Shown here piece by piece: positions 18,720 through 33,632 of a stretch of DNA of 64,000 nt; the first letter of the stretch is position 1, and every line of letters starts with the position of its first letter. Under the pieces are notes generated by a model. It ran no database searches, was not told the DNA's origin, and was given only the letters and a program-made list of their open reading frames with translations. Where the stretch lies: assembly GCF_035712445.1 (NCBI RefSeq), contig NZ_DASTAT010000115.1, forward strand, positions 25,583 through 89,582, read 5' to 3'. This DNA comes from Oligoflexus sp. (GTDB taxonomy: Bacteria; Bdellovibrionota_B; Oligoflexia; Oligoflexales; Oligoflexaceae). A program made the translations under genes and the position numbers.

Positions 18720-21700
18720 ATGCGCCATGCGCTGCCTTTTTTCGTCCTTGGGTGGATCGTTTCCGGAATGGCAACAGCCGCAAGCCTTGTGAGCTTCACG
18801 CCACAGGGCTCGATCAAAAAAGCGTCCCAGGTTCAAGCCCGTTTTGACACTGATATGGTGGACTTTGGCAACGGTCGGGCACCCTCCCCTTTCAAGGTCG
18901 ACTGCCCGGCTCGCGGTGAAGGACGTTGGCTGGACGCGCGGACTTTTGTGCATGACTTCGTCAGTGAGCTGCCGGGTGGCATTCGCTGCACGTTTACCCT
19001 CACCCAGCTTAAAAATCTAAAAGGCGAGGCGCTCAGCGGTCAAACCAGCTTTGCTTTTGATACCGGCGGGCCAGCTTTGATCCGCAGTATTCCATCGGCC
19101 GAGAGCAGCTATGTCAATGAAGAAGACCCGATGCTGCTCGTTTTTGATTCGCCGATCCAAGCGCAGAGTTTGAACGGAAAGATTTACTATCAGGTGCCGC
19201 AAAGAGCGGATGCCATTGGTTTTGAAATGGTTCCCGAGGCGGAAAAATATATCGCTGAGCAGTGGCCTTACCTGGGCGAGGAACTGAAACTTGATCCCAA
19301 GTTTTATATCCTTATCAAACCCAAGGAACGTTTGCCGGGTGATACCGATATAACCCTGGTCCTGGACAAGGGCATCGCGAGCCCGAGCGGGGTTGCGACA
19401 CAGTATGCGCATACGCTGCGTTTCAAGACAAGGCCGCCTTTCCGTGCCAGCTTCTACTGCGAAAAGGAAAAGTCCGGTGGTCCCTGCGCACCCTATGGTG
19501 ATTTTTCCATTTCCTTCAATGATCGGGTTGCGGAAAAGGATCAGGCGCGCATTCGTGTGCTGGATGCGAAAAATCAGGAAGTCGATATCAAGCGGGAAGG
19601 ATCCTATTACACCATTCCCGGGCCCCACTCTGCGAATAGCAGCTATCGCATAGAAATTCCAGCCGATCTGAAAGACGAGCGTGGGCGGCCATTGGCCAAC
19701 GGCAAGGAATTTCCTTTGACCGTGAAGGTCGGAGACTATGGACCGCTGCTGAAGTTTCCAGGTGATTTCGGTGTGCTTGAGGCTGCGTATCCGATCTGGC
19801 CTTTGAATATGCGTAAAGTCGAAGGGCAGCTGAACGGACGTCTTTATAAAGCGGCCTCACGACCGGACACGGCCTTGCGTTGGTATAAGACCATACAAAG
19901 CGCCGATCGCCGTGATCAGCGCGATGTTTCGATCTTCGCTGGCATGCCGGCCTCTGATTTCAAAAACGTTCCTTTGAAAAAGCCGAATGGCCCGGATGCT
20001 TTCGAAGTGATCGGCGTGCCGTTAAGCGGCCCTGGTTTTTATGTGATGGAAGTCGGAAGCGAGCGTTTAGGGGCGGCGCTTTTGGATAAGAAAAAACCCA
20101 TGTTCGCGCGGGCTGCGGTGCTCGTGACCAATCTCGCTGTTCATGTGAAAAAAGGCCGGCAGGGGGCCTTGGTGTGGGTCACAAACTTTGACAAGGGCGA
20201 GCCGGTCCCAGGAGCGGATGTCGCCATTGCGGATTGTCAAGGCAAGGTCCTCGTCAGCGGAAAAACGGATGCATCCGGACTTTACCTGCATCCATCCGCT
20301 TTGCCCCCCAGCCGCGGCAGCTGCTATGGCTCCTATGATTATGAAGGCGAATCAAGTGATTACTTTGTCAGCGCAAGCAAGGACAATGATTTCAGCTTTA
20401 CCCTGACGCATTGGAACAATGGAATTGAGAGCTGGCGATTTCAGTTGCCCTGGGACAGCGCGTCCTCGGATCTGCAGCTTCATTCCATTTTGGATCGCAC
20501 GCTGTTACGCACCGGGGAAACAGTTTCCATGCTGCATGTCGCGCGGCGTCGCGTGAAAGACGGGCTGGCCTTTCCACGCGCGGGTGATCTGAAAAATACC
20601 GTGCGCCTTCAGCATATCGGCAGTGACCGGAATTACATCGTGCCCCTTGTTTGGAATGATGGGCAGGGCCGGGCCGAGAACTCCTGGAAAATTCCTGCGG
20701 ATGCGCCTTTGGGCTGGTATTCCATCATGATCGGGGATCAGGAGAGCGGACGTTTCCGGGTCGATGAATTCCGCCTTGCCACCATGCGCGGACGACTGCA
20801 GGCCAAGGATAGCAGCCTGATCGCACCCAAGGAAATTATCTATGACTTTGATGTGAGTTATTTGAGTGGGGGACCGGCCTCGAATCTGCCGGTGCGTCTG
20901 CGTCGTTCCTTTCAGGGAGCCTATCAGCCGCATTTTTCCGGCTATGATGAATTTGATTTTCAGGCCGGACCTGTGGATCTGACTCCCGATAAACCGGATG
21001 CGCAGCCTGATAGCAAGGTGGAAACCAAGGATGTGGCGCTGGATAAGGCTGGAACAGGAACGCTCGCTTGGAAAGCTCCTGCGATTGATCGGCCAACGCG
21101 CGTGCTGACGGAAATGGAATTTCCCGATGCGAACGGCGAGGCGCGCACCGTGGCCACGGAACATAGGATTTGGCCGTCCGCTGTCGTGATCGGTATGAAA
21201 GGTCCCTGGTGGCTGCAGAAAGGGGAGACTCTGAAACTCGCGGGGGTGACGCTCGATCCCAAAGGGCAGGTGGTCCCACAGCAGGAACTCACGGTTCGCG
21301 CTTTCAAGGAGGAGATTCTGAGTCACAGACGGCGCGGAGTCGGTGGGACTTATGTTTATGAACATAAGACCGAGATCAAAGAGATCGGCGTTTTCTGTGA
21401 AACGAAAAGTGATGACAAGGGGCTTTGGACTTGTGAAAAGCCCCTGACAAGCAGCGGCAACATCCTCCTTCAGGCCGAGGCCAAGGATCGCGAGGGCCGC
21501 GTCGCGTATGCCAACCGTTCGATCTGGGTCGCGGGTGAACGCCTTTGGTATATGAGCGAGGATCATGATCGCATGGACCTCATTCCCGAGAAAAGGCATT
21601 ACGAAGCCGGGGAAAAAGCCCGGATTCAGGTGAAAATGCCTTTCGCGCAGGCGACTGTCCTCGTCGCCACCGAACGGGACGGGGCGATTTTGGAGAGCAG

Positions 21701-24162
21701 GGTGATTAAGCTCGATTCCAAGCAACCTTTCCTCGATATTCCCATCCCGCGTTCCTATGCACCGAACGTTTTCGTATCAGCCTGGGCTGTGCGTGGGCGG
21801 GTGAAGGGGACGGAACCATTTTTGAAGATAGATCTGGGCAAGCCCGCGCATAAGCTCGGTATTACCGAACTTAAAGTCGGCTGGCGTCAGCATACTTTGG
21901 ATGTGAAAGTGGCGACCGATAAACCTGTCTATAAAATTCGGGAAAAAGCCCAGGCCCGCATTGAAGTCAAAGCACCGAACGGTCAGCCTTTGCCGGCAGG
22001 CTCCATCGTTACGGTGGCCGTTGTCGATGAAGCCCTGCTTGAGCTGATGGGAAATCAAAGCTGGGATCTTCTTTCCGCAATGATGTTGGAACGCGCCTAT
22101 GGAATCGAGCATGCGACGTGTGCGATGCAGGTCATCGGGAAAAGGCACTTTGGGCTCAAGGCTCTGCCGCACGGCGGTGGCGGGGGCAGCAATCCCACCC
22201 GCGAAGTGCTGGATGCTTTGATACTGTGGAAGGGAGAGTTAGCGTTGCAGGATGGAGTCGCGACGCTCGACATTCCGCTCAAAGACAATCTTTCCAGCTT
22301 CCGTATTGTGGCCGTGGCTCAGGCCGGCACGGATATGTTTGGAACAGGCAGCACTGCAATCCAAACGCAGCAGGATATCAGTTTGATTGCGGGTCTTCCG
22401 CCTTTTGTGCGGGAAGGTGATAAATGGCAGGCGCTGGTGACCGTTAGGAATCGCAGTCAGACTCCGCAGCAGGTGACTTTGAAAGCCCGTATGGGCGAGA
22501 CGGCATTGCCGGACAAAACGGTCAATCTAAAAGCGGATGAATCGCAGCTTGCCGTATGGGATATGGAAGTGCCGCGGGGCGTGAGTGAATTGAAATATAC
22601 CTTCGATGCCGTGGCAGCGCAGGGTGGAGCGGACAGCCTCCGCTTTACACAGCAGGTGAAGCCCGCGATTCCACTGCGGGTGCTTCAGGCTTCGCTTATG
22701 GTTTTGAATGAACCCCAGACCCTGCCTGTGGCTTTGCCGGAAAAAGCCGATCCTTCTCGTGGGGGATTGGATCTGAGTTTTTCAGCCGGACCCGGCCTTG
22801 ATATGCTGCAGGGCACTCGTATTTTCTTTCAGGAGTATCCTTACAGCTGTCTGGAACAGCGTGTGTCCAGTGTCGTCGGCCTCGATAATCGCAAGGGCTG
22901 GGAGCAGATCGTGAAAACTCTGGATTCCTATATGGATCAGGATGGACTTTTGAAATATTTCCCCCTGATGCGGCATGGATCCATGACCCTGACGGCCTAT
23001 GTTTTGAGCCTGAGCCATGAAGCTGGATTTGCCCTGCCTAAGGCCAAGGAAGAGGCCTTGCGCTATGCCCTGAAGCGGGCCGTGGATGGCGAGATCACCG
23101 ATCATGAATACCGCATGCCGGGCGATCAGCTGGCCTATCGGAAGATCATGGCGCTCGAAGCTTTGAGCCGCTATGATGCCGAGCCCGTAAGCCTTGTGAA
23201 GAACCTCGATGTCAAACCGGAACTCCTGCCGCATGCGACCCTGATTGATCTGGTGCAGGCTCTTTCGCGGGCGAGCGGTGATGCCGTGATGAACGAACTG
23301 AAAGATAAATCCATACAGCAGCTCCAGGCTCGCCTCCGTTTGAGTGGAACCCAGTATGGATTGGCAGGCGAGGAATACAATCAGATCAGCAGCCTTCTGA
23401 GCAGTCCCGATTCCAACGCGGCCCGACTGCTGCTGCTCGGACTCGATCAGAAGGTTTGGAGCAGCGAACATGCGCGTATGCTGGAAGGTCTTTTGAGACG
23501 GCAAAAGCAGGGCGCCTGGTCCACCACGACAGCCAATGCCTGGGGTACTTTGGCTATGCGGAACTATCTGAAGCAGCATCCTCCGGCTGGTTCGGATACC
23601 AAGGCAACCGTGAATTGGCAGGATAAAACGCAAACGGTCGGCTTGAAAGAAAAAGCCCCCTTGCATCTTGCATGGCCTCAAAAGCGTGAGACTTTGACTT
23701 TGAGCCGCGAAGGCCAAGGCGAAGTGTGGACGACCGTAATTTCCCGCGCCGCAGTTCCTTTGAGCCAGCCCTTCCAGGCCGGTTATCAACTGGAAAAGAC
23801 CATGCAGCCCGTGGAACAAAAGGTCAAAGGCAAGTGGTCGCGCGGGGATATGATCAAGGTTTCCTTTACGATGGAAGCCGGCAGTGATCAAACCTGGGTG
23901 GTGCTGGCTGATCCGATTCCAGCGGGTGCGCGTATTCTGAACGCCAGCCTTAGGGATGATTCCGGACAGAAGGCTGGGAATTTCCTGGCGCCGAGTTATG
24001 TGGAGCGTCGTCACGAAGGGTATTTTGCGTATTTTGAATTCATGCCCGTCGGTCGACATACCCTGTCCTATGTGATGCAGGTGAATAACCCTGGACTGTT
24101 TCAGTTGACCACGACGCGCTTGGAAGCCATGTATGCCCCGGATCAGTATGCGGAGTTGCCGA

Positions 24163-24185
<23 letters not shown>
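18720..24185 (+). CDS. Bacterial alpha-2-macroglobulin family protein
   Basis: 1821 aa; signal peptide; MG domains (LDRTLLRTGETV, FRVDEFR), YPYSCLEQ thioester motif, C-terminal LADPIPAG...LEAMYAP; followed by pbpC. Confidence 0.93.
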
Positions 24186-27368
<3,183 letters not shown>

Positions 27369-27485
27369 CTATCCCCGCAAAAATGGCTTATAAAATCCTA
27401 AGCGTAGGCAGACTTGCATATCAGGGGTCGGGCGGGGACGGCAACAGGAAATATTATTTAATGATTACAAATGATTACAGAGCCA

Positions 27486-28400
27486 TCAGCGCGAGCCTTG
27501 CAGAAACTCCAGAGCCTGGCCCAGAAGATTCTTGCCCGAGTAATCGGGGACATGCGAGGCCCCGTTCACACGCCACAGTCCAACTCTGGTCCCGGCTGCG
27601 CATGAGCTCCAAAGAATTTCATCGGTCTCACGCTGACCTTCATCATTGATAATGAAGGGTCCTGATGGGGCCGTGTAGGCACCATTGGCCAGAACAATCC
27701 CGGGAATGAAGGGCTGCAGCATGAGGTCGCGGGCCAGCAGTTTTTCTTCGGGAGTCTGACAGCCGTTTCTTTGCGCCCAGGTTTGCGCCGATTCAAAAGC
27801 CCCGAGATTGCCAGAGGTCTGGCTGACGAAAGGCACGATCTCGTCTTTTGTACCATGAATCTGCAGGACCGAGATCGGTGTTTTGGTCTGGCACAGGGAG
27901 GTGTTTGCAAACATGCTGCCGGCTATCGAAACGATACCTGCGAAGACTCCATCCGTATCACACGCGAGGCGATAGGCCATGAATCCGCCGTTGGAGATTC
28001 CGACGACGTAGACGCGCTTGCTATCGATGTTCCAGCGACCTTTGACTTCGGAAACCAGACCCTGCAAATAAGCGGAATCATCAACGCTTCCCTTTTGCTG
28101 CGGCAGGACCGTATTCCAATGCTGCCGCCCTTCGGCATCCCGCGTGCCTTCAGGAACGATGGAGATAAAGGATGATGCCGCCTGCTGCAGATCCGCTTCC
28201 AGATACATGACGGTTTCATCGCCGCTGCTGCCATAGCCATGAAGGAAGAGGACCAGGGGATAGCTGCGATTGGCAACATAGTTGGCCGGAAATTTCACGG
28301 ATGCGGGACGATCCTTCCCGATGTAAAGGACAGCGGAGGATGCGCTCGTGCTGAGAACGACGAGGAGGAGAGAACAGATGTGTTTCAAAGTCTTCTTCAT
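27486..28400 (-). CDS. Secreted alpha/beta-hydrolase (PHB depolymerase/LpqC-like esterase)
   Basis: Signal peptide, PLVLFLHGYG, GISNGGFMA (GxSxG), QIHGTKD, GASH. Confidence 0.8.
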   Translation of the reverse strand: MKKTLKHICSLLLVVLSTSASSAVLYIGKDRPASVKFPANYVANRSYPLVLFLHGYGSSGDETVMYLEADLQQAASSFISIVPEGTRDAEGRQHWNTVLPQQKGSVDDSAYLQGLVSEVKGRWNIDSKRVYVVGISNGGFMAYRLACDTDGVFAGIVSIAGSMFANTSLCQTKTPISVLQIHGTKDEIVPFVSQTSGNLGAFESAQTWAQRNGCQTPEEKLLARDLMLQPFIPGIVLANGAYTAPSGPFIINDEGQRETDEILWSSCAAGTRVGLWRVNGASHVPDYSGKNLLGQALEFLQGSR

Positions 28401-28507
28401 AAGAACCCTTCCTGCAAAGAATAAAAATATCTTCGCAGGCGATCATAGGTTCTTTCTGCTCCTCCTCCAATCCGTCAGGCCATGGAGGGCAGATTACGTA
28501 GAGGGTT

Positions 28508-29431
28508 TCAAACGATGGATTTACCAAGGGCGGAGAGGAGAAGATCCACCGTGACATTCGCCGATTGCGCGCCGACATCCATGAAAGGATTCAGCTCCAC
28601 GAATTCCAGCGACACGATTTTTTGCGTTTCCGAAAGCATTTCCATCGCGAGATGCGCTTCACGAAGAGTCAAACCACCGCTTACCGGTGTACTGACGCCA
28701 GGTGTATACCGGGGATCAATGCCATCGATATCAAAGGACACATGAATGCCCGCGGTTCCATCGGATGCGTATTTGATGGCTTCGCGCATCACGGCGAACA
28801 TCCCTTTTTCATCAATGTCGCGCATGGTGAAATAGCGAATGCCGCTTTCCCGAAGGATTCTTTTTTCCTCGTCATCAATGTTCCTGATACCAATCAGGAC
28901 GCAATTCTGGGGGCGTATCTTGCTGGAGCTGATGGATGTCAATTCCGGGTGACCCTTGCCGATCAGAACGGCGAGTGGCATGCCGTGAATATTACCCGAA
29001 GGGGAGGTGGAAGGCGTGTTGACATCAGCGTGGGCATCGATCCAAACCATGCCGACATGCTGATCTTTCTTGCCGAAGTGCCGCAGAATTCCGCTTACGG
29101 TGCCTATGGCGACCGAATGATCCCCACCAATCACAAGTGGGATGTGCTGGCGATCGAGAATGGCTTCGGTCATCGTTGCCAGATTCTCACAGATTTCCTT
29201 GATCGGCGTCAGAAACTTCTCTTGCTGGATTTTAAGGGGCAAAGACTCACGAATCGGCACATGAAGGTCACCCAGATCCACAACCCCGTAACCCTGTTGC
29301 TCAACCTTGACCTTAAGGTTGGCGATGCGAAGAGAAGCTGGTCCCATGTTGGCTCCTCGGATATTGGCTCCGAGGTCAGAAGGGACGCCTATGATTTCAA
29401 TCGTTCTTGGACGATGCATGTGTGGCCTCAA
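28508..29431 (-). CDS. rocF: Arginase
   Basis: GGDHS, DAHADVNTP, SGNIHGMP, SFDIDGIDP, ELNP; alternative start at ATG 29419. Confidence 0.92.
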   Translation of the reverse strand: MRPHMHRPRTIEIIGVPSDLGANIRGANMGPASLRIANLKVKVEQQGYGVVDLGDLHVPIRESLPLKIQQEKFLTPIKEICENLATMTEAILDRQHIPLVIGGDHSVAIGTVSGILRHFGKKDQHVGMVWIDAHADVNTPSTSPSGNIHGMPLAVLIGKGHPELTSISSSKIRPQNCVLIGIRNIDDEEKRILRESGIRYFTMRDIDEKGMFAVMREAIKYASDGTAGIHVSFDIDGIDPRYTPGVSTPVSGGLTLREAHLAMEMLSETQKIVSLEFVELNPFMDVGAQSANVTVDLLLSALGKSIV

Positions 29432-29502
29432 ACAGTAAAAAAACTATCATGGCGCACAGCCTGCATTTGGTCAATCCTACCAACTTGTCTGGTCCACGTC
29501 GG

Positions 29503-29527
29503 GCGGGAGGAAAAACCTCCCGCTTTT
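29503..29527 (+). terminator. GC-rich hairpin downstream of flagellin
   Basis: GCGGGAGG-AAAAA-CCTCCCGC followed by TTTT on the + strand. Confidence 0.55.
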
Positions 29528-29588
29528 ATGACGGAGCCAGAACCGGGACTCTTAATCTTTCAATTTCCCTAAGCTATCGCTTCATGGC

Positions 29589-30518
29589 TTAGAGAGACTG
29601 CATCAGACTGAGAGCAACTTGAGGCTGCTGGTTAGCTTGAGCAAGAATCGAGGCACCACCCTGCTGAAGAATCTTGTTCGACGTGTAGGTCGCAGTCTCA
29701 GCAGCAAAGTCTGTATCCTGAATCCGGCTGTTCGCGGCGGACAAGTTCTCAACCGACACGGCAAGGTTGTCGATCGTGCTGCCCAGGCGGTTCTGGATTG
29801 AGCCGAGATAGGAGCGATAGTCACTCACTTTCACGATGGCGTCGTCCAGTTTCGAGATACTCATCTGAGCATCCTGCTTGGTCAGCGTGTTGGTACCCTG
29901 ATCAGCGCGACCGATATCCAGTGAACCATCGCCTTCTGTGAAAGCGTTGATGTTCTGAAGGTCGATCTTGATGATGTTGACCTGGTTGCGGTTATCAATA
30001 CCGTCGACTTCGCTGGAAGCGTGGTAGTCTTTACCAACCTGGATTTCCAGGGGGAAAGTACCTTCGGCGTTGGCGATCTCACCGGGGATATCGGCCTGAC
30101 CGGTGATCAAACGTGTGCCGTTGAATTCCGTAGCGTTGGCGATACGGTCGATTTCATCTTTCAGAGCCACGAATTCTTTGTTGATGAATGCGCGCTCGGT
30201 TTGACCAACCGTGTCACTCGCCGCTTGAACAGCAAGTTCGCGCAGACGGGTGAGCATGTTCGTGGTTTCTTCCAAGCTGCCTTCTGCGGTCTGAACGAGA
30301 GAGACACCGTCCAGTGCGTTGCGGCGAGCCTGATTCATCGAACGGATGTCGGCTGTCAAGTTGGAGGAGATGGCCAGGCCCGCTGCATCATCAGCTGCCT
30401 TGTTGATCCTTTTCCCCGAAGCCAGCTTCGAAGCGGAATCCGTCAACTTGTTGGTTGAGGTTTCCAGACGACGCTGGGCGTTGATCGAAGCGATATTGGT
30501 CCTAATCCGTAAACCCAT
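29589..30518 (-). CDS. fliC: Flagellin
   Basis: MGLRIRTNIASINAQR, LASGKRINKAADDAAGLAIS, RSYLGSIQNRL, SRIQDTDFA; ATG 30518 downstream of GGAGG. Confidence 0.97.
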   Translation of the reverse strand: MGLRIRTNIASINAQRRLETSTNKLTDSASKLASGKRINKAADDAAGLAISSNLTADIRSMNQARRNALDGVSLVQTAEGSLEETTNMLTRLRELAVQAASDTVGQTERAFINKEFVALKDEIDRIANATEFNGTRLITGQADIPGEIANAEGTFPLEIQVGKDYHASSEVDGIDNRNQVNIIKIDLQNINAFTEGDGSLDIGRADQGTNTLTKQDAQMSISKLDDAIVKVSDYRSYLGSIQNRLGSTIDNLAVSVENLSAANSRIQDTDFAAETATYTSNKILQQGGASILAQANQQPQVALSLMQSL

Positions 30519-30574
30519 ATTCTGACCTCCTGTCATGGATAAGGAATCACATCGTGTGAATTCCTGTACCCATC

Positions 30575-30601
30575 CTTTCGACAGGCAACCTGAACAGTTT
30601 A
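30575..30601 (-). promoter_or_regulatory. Putative sigma28 (FliA) promoter of flagellin
   Basis: Minus strand TAAA-N15-GTCGAAAG versus consensus TAAA-N15-GCCGATAA. Confidence 0.55.
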
Positions 30602-30715
30602 GTAAAAAATGCCCTGTTCCGAATTAAGGCCATGAAATGATTGGAAAAGAATTTTACGGTCAAGGAGTTTTTTGCCCGGTTCTTGACGGGAAGGAAACAT
30701 TGGGTGGGGATTGAC

Positions 30716-30739
30716 CCCCTGCAAAGGCAGGGGTTTTTT
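30716..30739 (+). terminator. Hairpin with T-run between the GATase gene and the flagellin promoter
   Basis: CCCCTGC-AAAG-GCAGGGG followed by TTTTTT on the + strand. Confidence 0.5.
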
Positions 30740-30742
30740 CTT

Positions 30743-31429
30743 TCATTGAATGCGATGCTGCTGCAGATGCTGAATGAACTTCCGGATAAATTCCTGGCCG
30801 AACGCATAAGGGCGTTCTTCCTGGGAAACATCTATATTTTGATTTTGTACAAAGTCGGGACCGGCTTCGGGATGGGCCTGAATACCCCAGATCGGCAGAT
30901 GCTTGTGCGCGAAAGCTTCCACCTTGCACACATCACTGCTGGCGACTATTTCGGTATCCTGAGGCAGTGCGGTGACGGCTTCTGCATGCGAAACAATGAA
31001 GCGTCCCGCGGTTCCGGCTTCACCCCAAAATCCACGCTTGCTGAACTGCACCGTGCGCAGGCCTTTGAACTTGTAGTGATCGGGCTGGATGAACTCGACG
31101 GTTCCCCCCAGAAGATGCGCCAAAAGTTGATGGCCATAGCAAATTCCTAAAATCGGCAGACCCTCGCGAATGCGCTCCAGAAGCCAGGCATTGAGGGAAT
31201 CCTGCCAGGGCAGACCTTCGTACACGGAAGCACCGCTGCCAAAAATGACTATCGCGTCCGGCTTTTGCGGAACCAGAGAGAGCGAAGTCATGCCAAAGAG
31301 TGCCGGCAAATGAAAGCTGAGGCTGAGTTCCGGGGCCGCAAGGACCATGCGGTTGAAGTTATCCAGCTCGGGAACGCGCACAGCTGGATCTATGACAGCC
31401 AAATGGAGGGGACGGAGTAATGCACTCAA
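30743..31429 (-). CDS. Class I glutamine amidotransferase-like protein
   Basis: ILGICYGHQLLA nucleophile Cys; GIQAHPE His-Glu. Confidence 0.88.
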   Translation of the reverse strand: MSALLRPLHLAVIDPAVRVPELDNFNRMVLAAPELSLSFHLPALFGMTSLSLVPQKPDAIVIFGSGASVYEGLPWQDSLNAWLLERIREGLPILGICYGHQLLAHLLGGTVEFIQPDHYKFKGLRTVQFSKRGFWGEAGTAGRFIVSHAEAVTALPQDTEIVASSDVCKVEAFAHKHLPIWGIQAHPEAGPDFVQNQNIDVSQEERPYAFGQEFIRKFIQHLQQHRIQ

Positions 31430-31590
31430 TGTTTTGTCCTCACAACTCAGGGAAGCGAACGACCTTGCCCCTCAGTATTTCATCCTTCGTCAGGGCATGC
31501 AATTTGCTTTGCTTCGTGGATCGCTCTTGTGGCAAACTCCGGGGTATTGGGCAACATGTCTAAGATGAATCTGTAAAGGAAGCATAGCCG

Positions 31591-32181
31591 ATGCTTGAAC
31601 ATATTCGTGCCAGCTTGGAAGAAGCCCGCACGGCACTTGAAGACCTTCTGAAAAATGAAGACGCTCAGCGTCGGATCGCCGATGCCGCCACGATTCTGAT
31701 CGCTGCCTTCAAAGCCCGGGGTCATGCGTATTCCTGTGGAAATGGCGGCTCGATGTGTGATGCCATGCATTTCGCCGAGGAACTGTCCGGACGTTTTCGT
31801 CAGGATCGCCCGGCCTTGGGTGCGATGGCTATGGGTGATGGCGCGCATATCACCTGCGCCGGCAACGATTTTGGCTTCGATTATGTGTTTTCGCGTTTCA
31901 TCGAAGCGCAGGGCCGCCCCGGTGATGTTCTTTTGGGCATCAGCACCAGCGGAAAAAGTCCCAACGTCATTAAAGCAGCCGAAGCCGCCAAGGCCCTGGG
32001 CATGAAGGTTATCACCCTGACCGGAAAACCCGGCAGCGCCCTTGGCAAGCTGGCTGATGTGGATATCTGCACACCCGGTGGCCGCTATGCGGATCGGGTC
32101 CAGGAACTGCATATTAAAGTGATCCACACACTGATCGAACTCGTCGAACGTGGGATGTTTTCCAGCAATTATGGGAGTTGA
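31591..32181 (+). CDS. gmhA: Phosphoheptose (sedoheptulose-7-phosphate) isomerase
   Basis: [38 protein letters not shown]. Confidence 0.95.
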   Translation: MLEHIRASLEEARTALEDLLKNEDAQRRIADAATILIAAFKARGHAYSCGNGGSMCDAMHFAEELSGRFRQDRPALGAMAMGDGAHITCAGNDFGFDYVFSRFIEAQGRPGDVLLGISTSGKSPNVIKAAEAAKALGMKVITLTGKPGSALGKLADVDICTPGGRYADRVQELHIKVIHTLIELVERGMFSSNYGS

Positions 32182-32189
32182 TGAGACCC

Positions 32190-32534
32190 ATGAGCGAAAC
32201 CCTCTTTGATAAAATCCTGAGGCGGGACATTCCAGCCAAGGTCGCTTATGAAGATGAAGCGGTTTTGGCTTTCCACGATATAGCCCCGCAGGCTCCGATC
32301 CACATTCTGGTCATTCCGAAGAAAAAATGGGCTCGCTTCGCTGACTTTCGAGCTGCTGATCCGGAAGCGGTCGGGCAGTATATGATATCGGTCGCGAAAG
32401 CCGCTCAGCATGTTGGTTTGGAAGCCGGCGGCTATCGCGTAGTCTTTAACAATGGCAAAGATGCTCAACAGACCGTTGACTATATTCATGCCCATATTCT
32501 GGGTGGACGCGGTTTGAGCTGGCCCCCGGGGTGA
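32190..32534 (+). CDS. hinT: HIT family nucleotide hydrolase
   Basis: TLFDKIL, AFHDIAPQAPIHILVIPK, QTVDYIHAHILGGR. Confidence 0.88.
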   Translation: MSETLFDKILRRDIPAKVAYEDEAVLAFHDIAPQAPIHILVIPKKKWARFADFRAADPEAVGQYMISVAKAAQHVGLEAGGYRVVFNNGKDAQQTVDYIHAHILGGRGLSWPPG

Positions 32535-32537
32535 ATC

Positions 32538-33632
32538 ATGAATCTTTCGCAGCCGATGAAGCTGTCTCCCGATCTCTTTACTCCCCTGACCCGGACGCCC
32601 TGGGCAGGTCACCTGATCGGTCCTCTCTATAAGAAAGATATCCTTCCGGCTTCCGTGCATGAACCCATCGGCGAAGCCTGGGAAGTTTCCTGTGATCCTG
32701 ACTTTCCATCTCAAGTCCTGGGACATGATTTATCTTTGCTTGAGCTTATCCAGCAGAAACCGGAAGCCATGCTTTCGCCGGAATACGTGCAGGAGCATGG
32801 TGTCAACTGTGAGATCCTAATCAAATTACTCAATGCTGATGATCCACTTTCGGTACAGGTGCATCCGGAAGACGACGATCCGAATCTGAAGCCCGAGGAA
32901 TGTGGCAAACCAGAATCGTGGCTCGTCCTTCACGCGGAACCTGGAGCGGGACTTTATCTCGGTTTTTCCAGGCCCATTTCCACCCAGGACCTGGGCCGCA
33001 TGCTGGAAAATGATGACGATCTGCGGCCTGTTTTGCAATTCGTAGCCGTGAAACCGGGTGACTACTTCGAAATCGAGCCCGGTGTTCCCCATGCGATCGG
33101 ACCTGGACTCGTGCTTTTGGAGCCGCAGCGTATCCTGTTCGGGAAAAGCGGCAAGACCTATCGTTTTTGGGATTGGGGTCGCCGTTACGATGGGCATGGA
33201 CGGGTGGATCTGAAGCATGGCAAGGGTCGACCCTTGCATATAGCGGAAGCCCTGCGGATCATCAAACCGATGGAACAGGTCGGTGAAGCCTTCGTCTCTA
33301 CGCTAAGGCGGCAGGCGATCACCGAGAAACCTCTGGACGGGCTTCAGGTCCTGACTTACCCCGCGAACGATTATTACCAGGTGATCCGCCTGGAGATGAA
33401 GCCTCAGGTTTCTTTCCTCGTCGAAATCCAAAAAGGTTTCGGCACTCTTGTAAGTTTGGCGGGTCGCTTCATCTGCCAGGGCCTGCACGGACAGCCTCAA
33501 AGATTCGTGGGCGGCGAGCCGGGTTTTATCCCTCATCAGGCTATGCCCATGATCGTGCGCGCCGAGGATGCGAGCAGCTGCGTCCTGGTCATACCAAAGG
33601 GTGCTGAGCTTCGCTTGAAACCTTTGCAGTAA
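32538..33632 (+). CDS. manA: Class I mannose-6-phosphate isomerase
   Basis: IKLLNADDPLSVQVHP, KPESW, GVPHAIG metal ligands. Confidence 0.8.
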   Translation: MNLSQPMKLSPDLFTPLTRTPWAGHLIGPLYKKDILPASVHEPIGEAWEVSCDPDFPSQVLGHDLSLLELIQQKPEAMLSPEYVQEHGVNCEILIKLLNADDPLSVQVHPEDDDPNLKPEECGKPESWLVLHAEPGAGLYLGFSRPISTQDLGRMLENDDDLRPVLQFVAVKPGDYFEIEPGVPHAIGPGLVLLEPQRILFGKSGKTYRFWDWGRRYDGHGRVDLKHGKGRPLHIAEALRIIKPMEQVGEAFVSTLRRQAITEKPLDGLQVLTYPANDYYQVIRLEMKPQVSFLVEIQKGFGTLVSLAGRFICQGLHGQPQRFVGGEPGFIPHQAMPMIVRAEDASSCVLVIPKGAELRLKPLQ

